Shown: positions 32,927 to 33,191 of the stretch, one piece after another
Layout: the number at the start of each line of letters is the position of its first letter
Position numbering within the stretch: the first letter of the stretch is position 1
NCBI GenBank assembly: GCA_024181965.1
Contig: BQXS01010883.1
Span: forward strand, 1-33,191
Source of the DNA: Aduncisulcus paluster
Taxonomy: Eukaryota
Reading direction: 5' to 3'
Length of the DNA stretch: 33,191 nt
The notes under the pieces: generated by a model
The model's input: the letters and a program-made list of their open reading frames with translations, nothing else
The model's database searches: none
Told to the model about the DNA's origin: nothing
Made by a program: the position numbers and the translations under genes

Positions 32927-33191
32927 ATTTTCCTTCGATATTTCAAATGAAACCAAGAAAAAGCATCATCATGAGAGGCTTTCTTTTTAACGTTGCAGGA
33001 TTTACTCTACATCGGAATGGGTGCATAAATTTAAAGTGATATTGATTTTATTCCATAATATTTTATGTTGATTTTAAATTAAGGGTCTCTGCTCATGTCG
33101 ATTATGTTACTGGCAGGTTTATTTATAGGACGTAACAGGTTCTCGCTAAATTTTTAAACACTAGGATTTTACGATAAATTGTTTCAGTAAA

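Noticed and set aside
31778..32956. 392-aa ORF as a separate gene
   Set aside because: It is the N-terminus of the giant protein, separated only by the gap duplication.
1..33191. Prokaryotic operon, defence island, CRISPR array or transposon (HNH + methyltransferase + P-loop protein)
   Set aside because: The window is eukaryotic with spliceosomal introns. These genes are interspersed with housekeeping genes, the methyltransferase lacks DNA-MTase motifs, and no repeat-spacer array, terminal repeats or transposase were seen.

Overview
This is AT-rich, gene-dense eukaryotic nuclear DNA with about 12 protein-coding genes, short intergenic spacers, the standard genetic code (TAA, TAG and TGA all serve as stops) and short 5'-proximal spliceosomal introns with GTATGT donors. 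The gene content and intron style suggest a free-living anaerobic fornicate/metamonad such as Aduncisulcus (inference, not shown by the sequence). Genes in order: an LRR+EGF Cys-rich protein (5' end outside the window), a coiled-coil hypothetical protein, a membrane SDR, a calcineurin-B-like EF-hand protein, a BPNT/IMPase-family phosphatase (1 intron), a class I SAM methyltransferase, a Frag1/DRAM-like membrane protein, dihydrolipoamide dehydrogenase (1 intron), a bacterial-type DUF1846/UPF0371 protein (1 intron), a stand-alone EXD2-type HNH protein, an LRR-EGF-TM receptor-like protein and a giant (~4,088 aa) single-pass EGF surface protein. Both 20-N gaps are flanked by duplicated contig ends (assembly artefacts), and collapsing the second joins two ORFs into the giant gene. 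I found no rRNA, tRNA, CRISPR or mobile element and no clear multi-gene novel system. The best leads are the intron-containing DUF1846 gene, the His-retaining EXD2-like HNH protein and the giant EGF/NIDO-like/REJ-GPS-like receptor.
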